A stretch of DNA of 62,106 nucleotides, filler included. It is 13 parts of 13 records of this genome, joined end to end, with 100 filler letters (N's around TTAATTAATTAA, not from the genome) between each part and the next. Parts side by side here need not be neighbours in the genome. Positions count along the whole stretch, not along the records: positions 25,275 to 32,938 come from SRR15195285_8961; positions 33,039 to 36,216 come from SRR15195285_8969; positions 36,317 to 41,830 come from SRR15195285_8970; positions 41,931 to 45,842 come from SRR15195285_8971; 9 more parts are not named here. The stretch is one strand, 5' to 3'. The translations under genes and the position numbers were made by a program. Below the pieces are notes generated by a model. The model saw only the letters and a list, made by a program, of their open reading frames with translations, did not search any database and was not told where the DNA came from. Positions 30,880 to 42,209 of the stretch are shown here, one piece after another (the first letter of the stretch is position 1; every line of letters starts with the position of its first letter).

Positions 30880-32040
30880 TATGCTCTGCAACACATTAGA
30901 ACCGCGTGTGGCCACCAGACGCCGCCGCCTCGCACACATACACACCACGCTGCGCTGCAAGCTACCAGGGCCCAAGGCTGCTGCAAGTGGGAAGAGCATT
31001 GAGCACATCGGCACCACTCATGATTCCACAGACAGCAGCTGCTGCAGCACCACTGCAGCCCCAGCTGGAAGGTCTATCGCTGCTCGCTCGCCAGCCGACA
31101 ACGGCCAACTGAGCGAGCAGCAAGTTGCGCACTTCCACACCTTCGGCTTTCTGAAGTTACCCCAGCTGCTGCGGCCCGACGAGCTGCTGGCGGTGCAGGC
31201 TGAGTTTGCGGCAGGGCTGGTGCGCAAGGACAAGAACGATAGGATCGCCGGGCCCCGATTGCAGCTCAACTGGACCAACCTGGACGCCCACAGCCCGGCG
31301 ATCCAGGCGCTGTTGGAGGACAACCGCTTCTTTGGGGTGGCGCAGCAGCTGCTCGGCGATGACTGCATTGGCTTCGATTCCAACTGCAACTTCTACTCGG
31401 GTGACCGCTCCCCATGGCATCCCGATGTTGGGCCGGATCTGGTTGGCCTCAAGTTCACCATGTATCTAACGGAGGTAGGGGCAAACAGCGGCGCACTGTG
31501 CGTATGCCTGATCTTGCTAGGCGCGAGTATGTTGAGAGCCAACAATCATGCGCCTGGCTCGTTTGGGTTCGTTAATCGTTTTGCAATCGTGTGACAGACG
31601 GTGCATTCCGGGCAGCCACCTCAAAATGTTCAGCAGAGCAATTCATAGCGTGCCACTAAGCGACCGAAACACCTGGTGCGCTAGTCCCAGCCTGCCCACG
31701 CCTGTCACGGCTCCGATTGGCCACAGGAAGCAAGGGTGTGGTACCGACCTTGGGATTGCCTGCCTCAACATCTGGCTTCATGTTGTCATCACTGGTGGTC
31801 AGGGAGGGCGAGCCTGACGAGGGCGGTCTCGCAATCGACCAGGTGCCCTCAACAACGTTAGATTCGAAACCAGGGGACGCGATCGTGTTCGACTTCCGTC
31901 TATGGCATGCGAGCTGGAAAGGAGGCGTGGACCGTCGGATGTTCTCTCTGCAGTACTTTAAGAACCCTAAAGCCTCCACCGAGAGGGCAGCCATGCAGGC
32001 GCATGTCCAAGGAGCAGCCGACCAGGTGCGCTCACTTTGA
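30880..32040 (+). CDS. Phytanoyl-CoA dioxygenase (PhyH) family 2OG-Fe(II) oxygenase, spliced
   Basis: LSEQQVAHFHTFGFLKL; HxD motif WHPD; GAL|RCIPGSH; PGDAIVFDFRLWHAS...RRM. Start uncertain. Confidence 0.82.
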
Positions 32041-32908
32041 AAGAGCAATCATGCACGATTCGACCGATCGGTCGAACCAGCTCGTGTCGGGACTTGTTGT
32101 CTTGGTAGTTGTAGAGCGTCTGGGCTGATTGTTTCTTCGCTCCGTTGGACGCAACAAGCTAAAACAACGAGTGCGTATTGCGAATGATTTTTGATAGCGC
32201 CGAGAGATCAAGCAAAAAGGCTACCAGACAAAAAACAAGGATGGAATTTTCGGTCTTGCTCGTGGCTACCCACAGTATTGGCTGGACAACAAGCCTCACC
32301 ATCCAGAACGAGCCCGATGGGTTGAGTTCTTGCAGGCCTGGGGTCTCGTTGGGGGCAAGCCTGGTGCCCCTACGACGTGGTAACCCAGCACATGGCACTC
32401 GTCTTGTACCGTAATTAGCTATTGGATTTTTACGCTGGACGCAAGAGATGCGACAGCGTGGCGGCAGTGGCAGCTACACAGCATACAGCAGCAAGTGTGC
32501 GCTTGTGTACCATAGATGACTGAACTTGCGGCCCCCAAATGACAGCGCTTCCGTTTTAGATGCTGTGTCAGTACTGGTGCTTGTTTCGCCGCTTCCATTG
32601 CCTTTCCCAACGCTCAGAGACAAGTGACGCCCAAGCTCTACAGCAGTAACACTGGGCCGATTCATGGCTTCGCTGACGCCCGCCATGCCTCGCAGCGAAC
32701 CCGTTTGAAGTTGCCGAAGGCGCCCGGGCAGTAGCAACCATCGTATCGCCAGCGTCACAAAGTGCCGCGGTTGAGTCACTCAGCTTAGGCGGGACAGGCA
32801 CATCGCAATTGGTACCACACGCGCAGCAGCGTCGTCGTTGCACGACATGCTGCAACAATGCTGTTGTCATTCTCACAATCGGTACCTATCTTCTGGAGCA
32901 ACAACCCA

Positions 32909-32938
32909 TGACACCGGGCATAAGGGCCCTTATGCCCG
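32909..32938. repeat. Repeat unit TGACACCGGGCATAAGGG containing a perfect 24-bp palindrome (32915-32938) at a contig end
   Basis: CGGGCATAAGGGCCCTTATGCCCG is its own reverse complement; related copies occur at 56890-57170. Confidence 0.85.
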
Positions 32939-33038
32939 NNNNNNNNNNNNNNNNNNNNNNNNNNNNNNNNNNNNNNNNNNNNTTAATTAATTAANNNNNN
33001 NNNNNNNNNNNNNNNNNNNNNNNNNNNNNNNNNNNNNN

Positions 33039-35803
33039 GAGCTGGAGCCGGAGCCGGAGCCGGAGCCGCTGGACTTAGAGCTGGTGCTGAAGGAACCCAA
33101 GGCGCATCCAGGTCCACCAGAGCCGGCACCAGCACACGAGTCTGCACTTGGAACTAGTACTGGACCTGGATCTCAGTTTGAAGACAGGTCGAGGTCAGTA
33201 GAGCGCAGCCAGCTTGCGGCCTCGCTCGCAGCAGCATCAGCGGCTGCGGCTGCTGCTGCTGCCCATGAAGATCGCACAGATAGGCTCGCGGGACTGCAAC
33301 AAGAGGCAGGACCATCGAGCGAGTGGGATGCTGACCTTGCACTGGCAAAGGCATTGCCATTGGATGGCGAGGAAGCCTCGCCACGAGTACACAAACCGAG
33401 CACAAGCCTCTCGGACTTTCAGGTTTTGCACGTGGTTGGGCGTGGTGGGTTCGGCAAGGTACGAGTTGTTGATCTGAAAGTCGCCCTGCGCCCTTCAGCT
33501 ACCTCCTAAGGCTCTCGATCGTATGTCCAGGTGATGCAGGTACGACACGTCGACTCTGGTGAGATCTTTGCCTTGAAGACCATGCGCAAAAATCACGTTG
33601 TCCAGGTATGGCCTACCGCCGCCCGCCCCCCCTACCACACACACACCGTACATGCAGTGCCATCTAATGCTGCTTTCTGCGGCGTACTTGTAGAAAAATG
33701 ACGTCGTCGGTGTCAGAACGGAACGCAGTGTCCTCACACGTATCCGTCACCCTTTCATCATCAAGCTTAGATGCGCATTTCACACACCAGAGGTTCGATT
33801 GCACCGCATCAGTTTCAGTCGTGTTTGTCTCTTGGATCGTGCACGCTACCAGCTTAATCTGTGATCAGCAGTGAATATTGACGCTGCTCGACTCGGACTG
33901 TCTGTGCGTTCATATGTTGCAGAAGCTGTACCTGGTCATGGAATTCGGTGCGTCTCGACTGGTTCGGCCCTTCTTCGGTCTCTCTCACCTTTCATATCAA
34001 AGACATACTCGCAGTTGCTCCTACCCACGATCGCTTGTTAAACCGGCCACACGATCCAGCGAATCCTTGGCTGAGCGTCTAGCCTTTGCAAACCGTCTGT
34101 GGCACAGTCAATGGTGGAACGCTGTTCTTTTGGATGCGCAAGATGGGTTTGTTCACGGAGCCTCAGGCGCAGTTCTATGCAGCTGAGCTGCTTTTGGCAT
34201 TGGAGCATCTACACTTGCACAACATTGTAAGTAGCACATCTCATTGCCGTGTCTTTTTTGCACACTCACAATCGCTCTCGGCGTGCGCCGGACCAGGTCC
34301 ATAGAGATGTGAAACCTGAGAACGTGCTACTGCAACCGTCTGGGCATCTAATCCTCACAGACTTCGGCTGCGCCAAGGAGTACCGCGAGCTCTGTGCTGA
34401 GGACGAGATGACAGAACAGCGTGAGGCCGTTGCATCGGGAGACACGATGAGAGTGGGAGCTCTGAGTAGGTCTATGGTCGGAACGGTGAGACTGTGCACA
34501 AGTGACGTTACCTGCTGGGGTTCTGTTGAGGCAGGATTCTGTAAGTTTGCTGCATCTTTTGGCTGATATTCAGGAATGCTACATGGCACCGGAAGTGCTC
34601 CAGCGCGCAGATCACGACAAATCCATCGATTTCTGGTCGTACGTGCAATTATCATCAAGACACCCGCAGACTTCTTCGATAGACTGCAAAGCGTCCAGAT
34701 GATTGCATTGATGATCGATTTGAATATTGATGTTGTCCGGGTTTCGCCGCTGCACGCTGTGGTATGAATACTGTGACCTTTCACAGATACGGTGTTCTCC
34801 TTTTCGAGATGCTGACTGGGGACCTGCCATATTATCACAAGAACAAAAAGAAGATGATCGACTCAATTAAAATCGCAAAGAAGCCCAAGTTTCCAAAGTT
34901 CGCACGCTTGGCTATTTGTTTCTCGCTTGCAGCCCAACGCAAAACATTCACTTGCCAGATTCGAATGAAACGCTTAGCTACCACGGCATCTACTGCTTTG
35001 CCAGTCTTGAAGCTGAAGAAATTGCTTGGATGATCGACAGGTACATATCCAGCCATGCGTGTCAGCTGATCAAGGGACTACTCGAGAAGGTCCCTGCAAA
35101 ACGCCCAGATGCCTCTACGATCAAATCTATCGGGTTCTTCAATGGGATTGACTGGGCGAAGCTATTCGACATGGAGGTCAAACCGCCAGTCATGCCAGAG
35201 GTGGCTGGGCCAATGGACATTTCAAACATTCCAGACAAGTATACCAAGGATGAGGCGCCGGTTGACTCGCCTGTGTCACCCAGTTCGCTGTTGTCGCCGA
35301 CCAAGGCAGATATTTTCTCTGGTTTTACGTTCGATGGGGATGATGGTGCGGAGCTGCTCCAGCGCAGCGACAACTTCAGTGGTGGCAGCCCTGAAATTAG
35401 CAGTGCACAGCAGCTAGCAAAATCTCTGGAAGAGCGAATGAGCCAACGCAGCAGTACAAGCATATCTGACGGTCGGATTGAGCGACTCTCGCCGTTGGAA
35501 AAGTCGCATACTGGCTTTGACTCAGATGTAAGTGATGGATGTTGTGCACGCCTGCTTATCTTGTGCGTCGCATGCAGCGTGGGGTAGTGGCTTGGATAAG
35601 CCCTGAAGTGTTTGATCAGGCCACCTGGCATCTGGCTGACACACATCCTTTATTCTGCATTGGTTTGGAACAACTGCTGGCCTCAGGGGCACCGGTTGAG
35701 CTCAACATCAGACGATGGGGCGTTGTTTGACCTATCACCGACTCTAGAGTCGGTGCCGGGCTCTGCAGCTAGTGCAATACCACCTCAGCTGAAGCTGAAT
35801 TGA
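33039..35803 (+). CDS. AGC-family Ser/Thr kinase, ribosomal protein S6 kinase-like (5'-partial, about 9 short introns)
   Basis: DFQVLHVVGRGGFGKV, FALK, HPFIIKL, KLYLVMEF, HRDVKPEN, DFG, YMAPE, turn motif PVDSP, hydrophobic motif FSGFTF; exons join through GT-AG introns. 3' end uncertain. Confidence 0.9.
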
Positions 35804-36316
35804 GCGGCAAGTGGCAAGCATTTCTGCGGAACATCATCACTAGGACGGTGGCTAGTATTCCAAGATGGCCTGATTCATGCTTGTCTTCGTCTTGGAAAGT
35901 GCGCCTCCCACAAATCGCGCGCAAATTTGTGTGCACACAAAATGTATCTGCTGGTGCTTTTGATCGCGTAGTCATCCATTATTTTGCAAGATAGTGTTTA
36001 TCAGCCTAGTTGGGCACGTGCACCCATCGCCCTCCAGCGCCACTTGGATTGCTCTTGGCTGTCGCCCCTGCTTTCGCTTCCGTGTCTTCAGTTGCTCGCT
36101 TGCCCTCATTGGCGTCCACCAAATGGCTTTCGGTATGAAGCATTCACCGTGGACTGCAGACGGCGAACCCGGCCCACTTTTGTACAATAATTCTGTACGA
36201 TGCATTTCAGAAATTCNNNNNNNNNNNNNNNNNNNNNNNNNNNNNNNNNNNNNNNNNNNNTTAATTAATTAANNNNNNNNNNNNNNNNNNNNNNNNNNNN
36301 NNNNNNNNNNNNNNNN

Positions 36317-36343
36317 CTCTCTCTCTCTCTCTCTCTCTCTCTC
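36317..36343. repeat. (CT)n microsatellite at contig start
   Basis: Direct observation. Confidence 0.9.
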
Positions 36344-36407
36344 CCTGCGGCGCTCGCGCGCACGCGTGTGTGTGTTTTCCTTACCCACTCTCTGTATGTG
36401 CCTACAG

Positions 36408-36926
36408 GTGTGGATCCACAACAATGTTGTGCAGCACAGCATCGCCGCAAGCGGAGTGCTGAATTTGACGATCTCAGACAATGTTGTGTCAGGGGGCATC
36501 GTAGCCAATGGTGACTACCAGCTTGTGATCGCCAATAATACTATTGACGCCCCCAGCACAAACTGCCCGGATGGCGGCTGCTGCCCAGGGATGGTGTCCG
36601 TTGGATTCGGCACAGACGTTGTGGTCGCCGCGAATAACCTCACAGCCGGCCAAGGTTGTCACCCGATCGGAGTGAGCATTTGGGGCGGCGTGGAGGGTCG
36701 CAAGAAGACCACGGGCATGCAAGTCGACCACAATGCGTTTGCCGGCAGTTTCACCCCGCTGTTTCGGGGGCAGCCTATCGCTGCCGGTGTGATGATCGAC
36801 GGTGCTAACGGAGTGACCATTCGGTCCAACGTTTTTAGCGATGGCGAAACGACGGCGAAACATTTGTGCGACTGCTGTCAGTACGGGATGATGAGCATGT
36901 GCCAGAACATCACCGTGTCCAATTGA
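36408..36926 (+). CDS. Last exon of a right-handed parallel beta-helix (pectin lyase-like) protein
   Basis: Follows the acceptor cctacag; repeated xxIxxNxx rungs (VWIHNNVV, LTISDNVV, LVIANNTI, VVAANNLT, QVDHNAF, VTIRSNVF). Confidence 0.65.
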   Translation: MWIHNNVVQHSIAASGVLNLTISDNVVSGGIVANGDYQLVIANNTIDAPSTNCPDGGCCPGMVSVGFGTDVVVAANNLTAGQGCHPIGVSIWGGVEGRKKTTGMQVDHNAFAGSFTPLFRGQPIAAGVMIDGANGVTIRSNVFSDGETTAKHLCDCCQYGMMSMCQNITVSN

Positions 36927-37241
36927 AAGATGATTCATTCGTTTGTCCATTTCTGCAATCCTCGTTGATGGTCGCCCCGCATTCAGATCAATCTGGTTCA
37001 GCATGAGAAGAAATTTGTGTTTTTTCACTTGCAGTCACCATTGAATCTGGCACCATAAGGCTCTGCAGCCTCTTTATGTCCTTCTGACTATTTAAATTGA
37101 AATCTTCCTGTTGAGCGGAGCGCAAAAGCAGACAACAGCCGAGTGGGTGTGAGAATCATTTGCGGTTTCGGCTGTCAACAGAAAGCACTTCAGCATTGCT
37201 GGTCTGCAACAAATGAGACGAAGCGCAACCTCGGGCAGTCG

Positions 37242-40200
37242 TCATGCGACGTGCTGCCACGGCAGTATCATGGGCGAGAGGGTGGGAAACGATGGTACCT
37301 GGTCTCCATCTGTATACAAGACGCGATGTTGCGCACAGTCAGGCACGAGCCTTATTTTGCAAGCCATACACCAGTCAGCGCCCCCGCCACATCGTTTTAT
37401 CAATCGTCCTGTGAATAGTTTTGGCATTAATGACTTTCCGACGTTGAAGTTCCTTCGTATATAGATCCCTATTGCGACTCCCTCCGAAAAATTTAGCTCT
37501 TCGCCTGCTTGCGATTCCACCGATGTCGTAGGCGATACGCCCCCGTCACCAATACTTACATCGCTCTCGGTGGAGGCAGCGCTGGTGCTGCTGCTGGTGC
37601 TCAGACGCATCCGCTTCCTTGATTGTGAAGGATTGCACTCCTTGCATGAAGGTATTTGCTCAGCAGTGGATTTCAGGCCTATCGGTTCTGTGCTAGCTGC
37701 ACTGCCGACAAACTTCTTATTCTGATCCACTCCGTCACCTGCGAGGCTGAAGAATGCATCGAGGGTGAGCATCCTGGCTCCCATTGCTCCGGTGGCGTCG
37801 TGCTTGTCTCCGACAAGAAGGTAGTCCGAGGGCCCCATGTGCACCACTGTACCGCCACAAAATTTAATCAGCTTAGACAAAGAGGACATCTTGTGAATGC
37901 TGTCTTCAAACTGCTTCCTGTAGCTCGACTCGAAAAAAAATCTAGCTCCAGCTAGCGTAGCAGCGCTACGTCGCTGACCATGCTCAGTCTCGGCAACTAG
38001 GTCCTCCATTTGTGCGCATGCCTCGATCCAGCTATCACGCAGTAGCCATCGTTGCGTTGCAAGAGCCGCGACGGTTTTGCGGTTCCGCACGCCAGCAGGG
38101 GCGACAACATGCGTCACACGGTGCATTCCCACCAAATCAGAACACGAGGCATCGTCAACCACGCTCACACCTAGTCGCTGCAAGATGTTCCGGTGCGCGT
38201 CCTTTGTGTTAGAGTTACTGTATCCTGTGAGATGGACACACACAGCACCTACCGTATCGATCTCAATCGCTTGGTCGTGCGACAAACCTGTGCTCACTGC
38301 GTTGACACACCCTGTCTCAGAAATGATTTGCACGTCGTTGTCATCAATATTAGACCTGTGTTGCTCATCGCCACACAGTTCTGCATTGCAGTCTCTGACT
38401 GCTAGCGTATCCCGGACGCGCGACTGTAGTTTCCTGTCCTTTTTCTCCGGACTGTTTAACTTTGACCTTTTTCGCTTATTTTTCTTTGGACTGCTGTCTT
38501 GCACGTCTAACATACATGTCTCTAGTATGTCTTCATTTACTAAATCTGAAGCGTTTGACGCGGCCTGATCCTTTGATATTGTCGGGTTTGAGGTATTTTT
38601 CGAGGCTTGACGGCCTCGTGACGGAGCCACTGCCGGCTGCACTTCAGCTTTGCGTAGTGGCACAGCTGCCTCTGGACAATTCATTTCAAACCTGGGCTGA
38701 GACTGGAGGTTTTGTCTGCTACCACAGTTCGAGGCTCGGTGTACAGTCTCTGACTTATCCATGGGCACAGTGGCCGCCAAGATACATTTGCAAGTTTGCA
38801 CCGCGTTCCGCCTGAGAAACACGTTTGTACCAGTCGACCTGTATTCCTTTACCTCATCGATATAACTTTGCAACCAAGAATTTGTGAAACATGCTGTCTC
38901 TGAGTGCGTCGTGCCGTCGCTTTCGTTGCCTGTCCGCCTCGCTTGGCTCATTTCGATCCAGCGCAGGTGCTGGTTCAGCGCTTTTGAAGACGCTCCAGTT
39001 CGGTACCAAACCCACGTGCACACTTTCGCGTCAATGTTGGTGGAACCATTAGTTTCTCTTCCTTCGCCCGCAGCTGGCCTGTTAATGCCTCCAGGTGACC
39101 CTCGCTGCTTCCGTGCTGCTGTGTCTGCACGCACATCCAAGCAATCCGCATCTGCGTGTGCATCGTCAGGTACTAATCTTGGTCGTAGAGACAAGAGCTG
39201 CTGCGGTGCACGCAAGGCCATCGGTTTTTCTGTGTGTTTCTCTGTATCAACCACCTGCTCCTTCGACTCGGTCTGAACTTCCACGTCCACAGATGCTGGA
39301 CGTGGTGATGGTGCTGCTGCTACTGTGGCAGCGCTGGCACCATCTTCGCACTGCGCCGGAGAGTCAATGTGGCTACTGTCGTTCAGCAGCGCGGCGGCGT
39401 CTTTGCCGTGGCTTCCATTGCTGTAGGCGCTAGCCTGCCCGTTCACCGACGGCTGCGGATTGTACTGTGCCAAGAGCTTTTTGGTTCTCTCATCCCTGAC
39501 AGCATTATGAGCCGCAGTTTTCAGCTCTTCCACACGCCGTTCGAGCTCGCGTCGTAGTTTTTGCTCGCGCACCAGAGCCTTATCCACCACTTGCAGCTTC
39601 TGTGACCATTTGTGCTCAGATCGAAAGCACATCCAGTAGTCGTCGCCGTAATCAATCAGAAGTTCAGCACCTTTCTCAACGGGCTCCTCGCCTACTACAT
39701 AGAGGATATGGGGCTTGCCGTCAGCTGTGCTTATCACCTCAACTGGATTGAGGTTTTGCCTCCGCTTGGGCGCATCAGTCGTGTCGCAGTCACCTTGGCG
39801 TGGATCCAGGACATCCTCTCGCCAGTCATTCGCGAGGATCAATTCGTTGGTGCGGTCCGAGGTCCAAATCGTCGCACCTTTGCTCCTCTTTGATCGATTG
39901 GCTGTTTCGTAGATGACCATGCTGTAGTTATCTGTCTTGTTATCCTTCATCATCTGCTGGCGCTCCGCGAGTTCCACGTCCGTCAAGATATCACCAGCGT
40001 ACTCCCCTACGACGGTAAACGCTGGCAGATCGCGCATGGCGTAGAGCAAGAACGCAGAGGCAGTGCCACTATGGCATCTTAACACCGGGTGGTCCTCGTC
40101 AGTGATCCTCCCGATCCCAACATAATCCTCCATTCGATGCCCAGAGGTCGGATCCAACGCACGTTCGATGTCATCCATGTTGACCCCGTTCTTCATGTAC

Positions 40201-41663
40201 GCGCATTTTTCCGAGAGTGCATACACGTACTTCGCATCTGTCTTCGTTCTCAGTTTCTGCTTCGGGAGACCACTCTCCGCTTCCGCGGACCATACTGGCT
40301 GAGTTATGCGCTCCAGTCCACGCTCCGACTCTACTAAAGACCAGCTTACAGGCTCGTACCCACAATCATTATCAACCGGATCCACAGCATCCTGTGCTAG
40401 AGGTGGTGCACGTGCAGAGGCTTGCCACGCAAGATTTGTTCGAACAGCGCCATCATCTGTCAGATCAGCAAGCTGATCGCGGATCCAACACCATGCACTC
40501 GAGCTGCGAAAGCGTGCTGCTGCAGTCACATCAAGTACGGCGGAGTTGGCAAGCGTGTCGAGTGCCAGCACACATAAGTCCGCCGGGAGCACTGGTTTCG
40601 CATCAAGTGTCAGAGCATCAGTGCTCACACCTGACACCACCAGTGAGCGAACTAAAGCTTCCACAGTGTCACGCGGGTGTCTTTTAGTCTGCCGCGCGAC
40701 AAGTCGTAAGAAGTCTGACGCATCGATGAGTGGCTGCGCGCCGGGTATTACGTGCACGTCAATCGTCTTCGGTCTGCCACCTGGAACGCCCCTGAGCGTC
40801 TCCGTTCGCTGAGGCAACTGCACAGTTCGTGGCCTCAGCACCGATGCGCAGTTGATGACCGAGAGCTCAGATGCAATTTCACTGCGGAGCCACTCCGCGT
40901 CGCCAGACTGGCGGTGACGCCGGGCATGCTCCAGTGGCAAGCACCTGATGATACTCCCAAACAAACTCACAGGAAACGCCTGCACAGCCCCGGCATCGAA
41001 CTTGTGCGCACTAAACGTGTCCTTTACCGCCACAGGTGGCGATGGCAGCGTCGTCAACGCGTCGCGCGTGGCGAACCGTACCCAGTCAGAGAGGCACACC
41101 AACAAATCTTCGCCTACCAGCCGCAGTCGTATGGCGCCCTCTTTGCCACCTTCCAGCCGCTGGGTCGTGTCGATCGTCAGGTGCGCACCAGTGGCCAGTC
41201 TCGACGAGGCCTGTAGGCCATCGGCTGCATACCAACCGTCGCCGTAACTCTTTGTGGAGCCATGGATGTGCTCCAGGTAGTACATAACCTGCATGGGACC
41301 ATCCACAGATTCCTGACGGACAGCTCTATCAACCACGCGACCCACGGCAACCTTTGCGCGCTCACTCGTCGGATCATCGTTGTGCCGCACATGCCCCGTT
41401 GGTGGCGTGAGGAACAAACCCTTGAGCGCGTCGATCTCAGCCATGAGGCGGGCGCACCTACTCGACGGCGGCCGAATGCGCTCCGGCGGCACGCAGTCGT
41501 CCCACAGAGTACTCCAGCCGATGTGGTGCACGCGCACACAGCCCTGATTTTGACCACAGTGTTCGCACTCGACGCCGCCGCCGCCGCGGCCCACAATACG
41601 CGCCGGGCAGTCCGGCTCGTTTTCGACCAGCACCATACAGAGCTCGCCCACGCACTGCGCCAT
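37242..41663 (-). CDS. Chromatin protein: Tudor-knot/chromo-barrel, SET domain, coiled coil, tandem BRCT, C-terminal Tudor-like domain
   Basis: VRVHHIGWSTLWDDCVPPERI; LYAMRDLPAFTVVGEYAG...ANDWR...GAELLIDYGDDYW; VHLTGY...VTHVVAPAGVRNRKTVAALATQRWLLRDSWIEAC; HRVLYTDGD. Likely start MAQCVG at 41663; 3' end may be spliced. Confidence 0.8.
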   Translation of the reverse strand: MAQCVGELCMVLVENEPDCPARIVGRGGGGVECEHCGQNQGCVRVHHIGWSTLWDDCVPPERIRPPSSRCARLMAEIDALKGLFLTPPTGHVRHNDDPTSERAKVAVGRVVDRAVRQESVDGPMQVMYYLEHIHGSTKSYGDGWYAADGLQASSRLATGAHLTIDTTQRLEGGKEGAIRLRLVGEDLLVCLSDWVRFATRDALTTLPSPPVAVKDTFSAHKFDAGAVQAFPVSLFGSIIRCLPLEHARRHRQSGDAEWLRSEIASELSVINCASVLRPRTVQLPQRTETLRGVPGGRPKTIDVHVIPGAQPLIDASDFLRLVARQTKRHPRDTVEALVRSLVVSGVSTDALTLDAKPVLPADLCVLALDTLANSAVLDVTAAARFRSSSAWCWIRDQLADLTDDGAVRTNLAWQASARAPPLAQDAVDPVDNDCGYEPVSWSLVESERGLERITQPVWSAEAESGLPKQKLRTKTDAKYVYALSEKCAYMKNGVNMDDIERALDPTSGHRMEDYVGIGRITDEDHPVLRCHSGTASAFLLYAMRDLPAFTVVGEYAGDILTDVELAERQQMMKDNKTDNYSMVIYETANRSKRSKGATIWTSDRTNELILANDWREDVLDPRQGDCDTTDAPKRRQNLNPVEVISTADGKPHILYVVGEEPVEKGAELLIDYGDDYWMCFRSEHKWSQKLQVVDKALVREQKLRRELERRVEELKTAAHNAVRDERTKKLLAQYNPQPSVNGQASAYSNGSHGKDAAALLNDSSHIDSPAQCEDGASAATVAAAPSPRPASVDVEVQTESKEQVVDTEKHTEKPMALRAPQQLLSLRPRLVPDDAHADADCLDVRADTAARKQRGSPGGINRPAAGEGRETNGSTNIDAKVCTWVWYRTGASSKALNQHLRWIEMSQARRTGNESDGTTHSETACFTNSWLQSYIDEVKEYRSTGTNVFLRRNAVQTCKCILAATVPMDKSETVHRASNCGSRQNLQSQPRFEMNCPEAAVPLRKAEVQPAVAPSRGRQASKNTSNPTISKDQAASNASDLVNEDILETCMLDVQDSSPKKNKRKRSKLNSPEKKDRKLQSRVRDTLAVRDCNAELCGDEQHRSNIDDNDVQIISETGCVNAVSTGLSHDQAIEIDTVGAVCVHLTGYSNSNTKDAHRNILQRLGVSVVDDASCSDLVGMHRVTHVVAPAGVRNRKTVAALATQRWLLRDSWIEACAQMEDLVAETEHGQRRSAATLAGARFFFESSYRKQFEDSIHKMSSLSKLIKFCGGTVVHMGPSDYLLVGDKHDATGAMGARMLTLDAFFSLAGDGVDQNKKFVGSAASTEPIGLKSTAEQIPSCKECNPSQSRKRMRLSTSSSTSAASTESDVSIGDGGVSPTTSVESQAGEELNFSEGVAIGIYIRRNFNVGKSLMPKLFTGRLIKRCGGGADWCMACKIRLVPDCAQHRVLYTDGDQVPSFPTLSPMILPWQHVA

Positions 41664-42209
41664 CTCCGCCGTCCCACCAGCGCTCTCTTCGCAGCGCCGC
41701 AGCGCCAAGTAGCCTCTCCCGCAACGGCCACCCCCCCACGTGTGCCGCACTGTCGCACCTGTGTCACAGTGAGCGATCCAGTGTATGGGATGGACGGCCA
41801 CGGGGCGGCACAAGCGCAGCGCAGCAGCACNNNNNNNNNNNNNNNNNNNNNNNNNNNNNNNNNNNNNNNNNNNNTTAATTAATTAANNNNNNNNNNNNNN
41901 NNNNNNNNNNNNNNNNNNNNNNNNNNNNNNTACCATGCGTGATCCGGAATTAAAGATACCGGCTCGGGCGGTCCACACTCCAGTCCAATCGATTCTCAGA
42001 TTCCCCCTGTTGTTGTTTTTTCCGCCGTTGGCCCAATCGCGGGATTGGCGTGGTGTGCTCGCCGTCTGCACAGTGGTGGGCGCTGAGGGCAGTGAGCGAC
42101 CAGACCAGCAGGGCGCTGAGGGGACACACGCATACACATCTTGAAAGCTGATACATAGGGGGGGGTCGCTGGCTGGTGCGCTGCTGGGCACCCAGTGGCG
42201 GTGTGAGGG

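Noticed and set aside
30880-32040. PhyH dioxygenase as the hydroxylase partner of the GREB1-like glycosyltransferase
   Set aside because: It is on a different contig and is PhyH-type, not TET/JBP-type; proximity is an artefact of concatenation.
32100-32900. Possible spliced minus-strand gene
   Set aside because: Only short ORFs with no recognisable motif or convincing exon chain.
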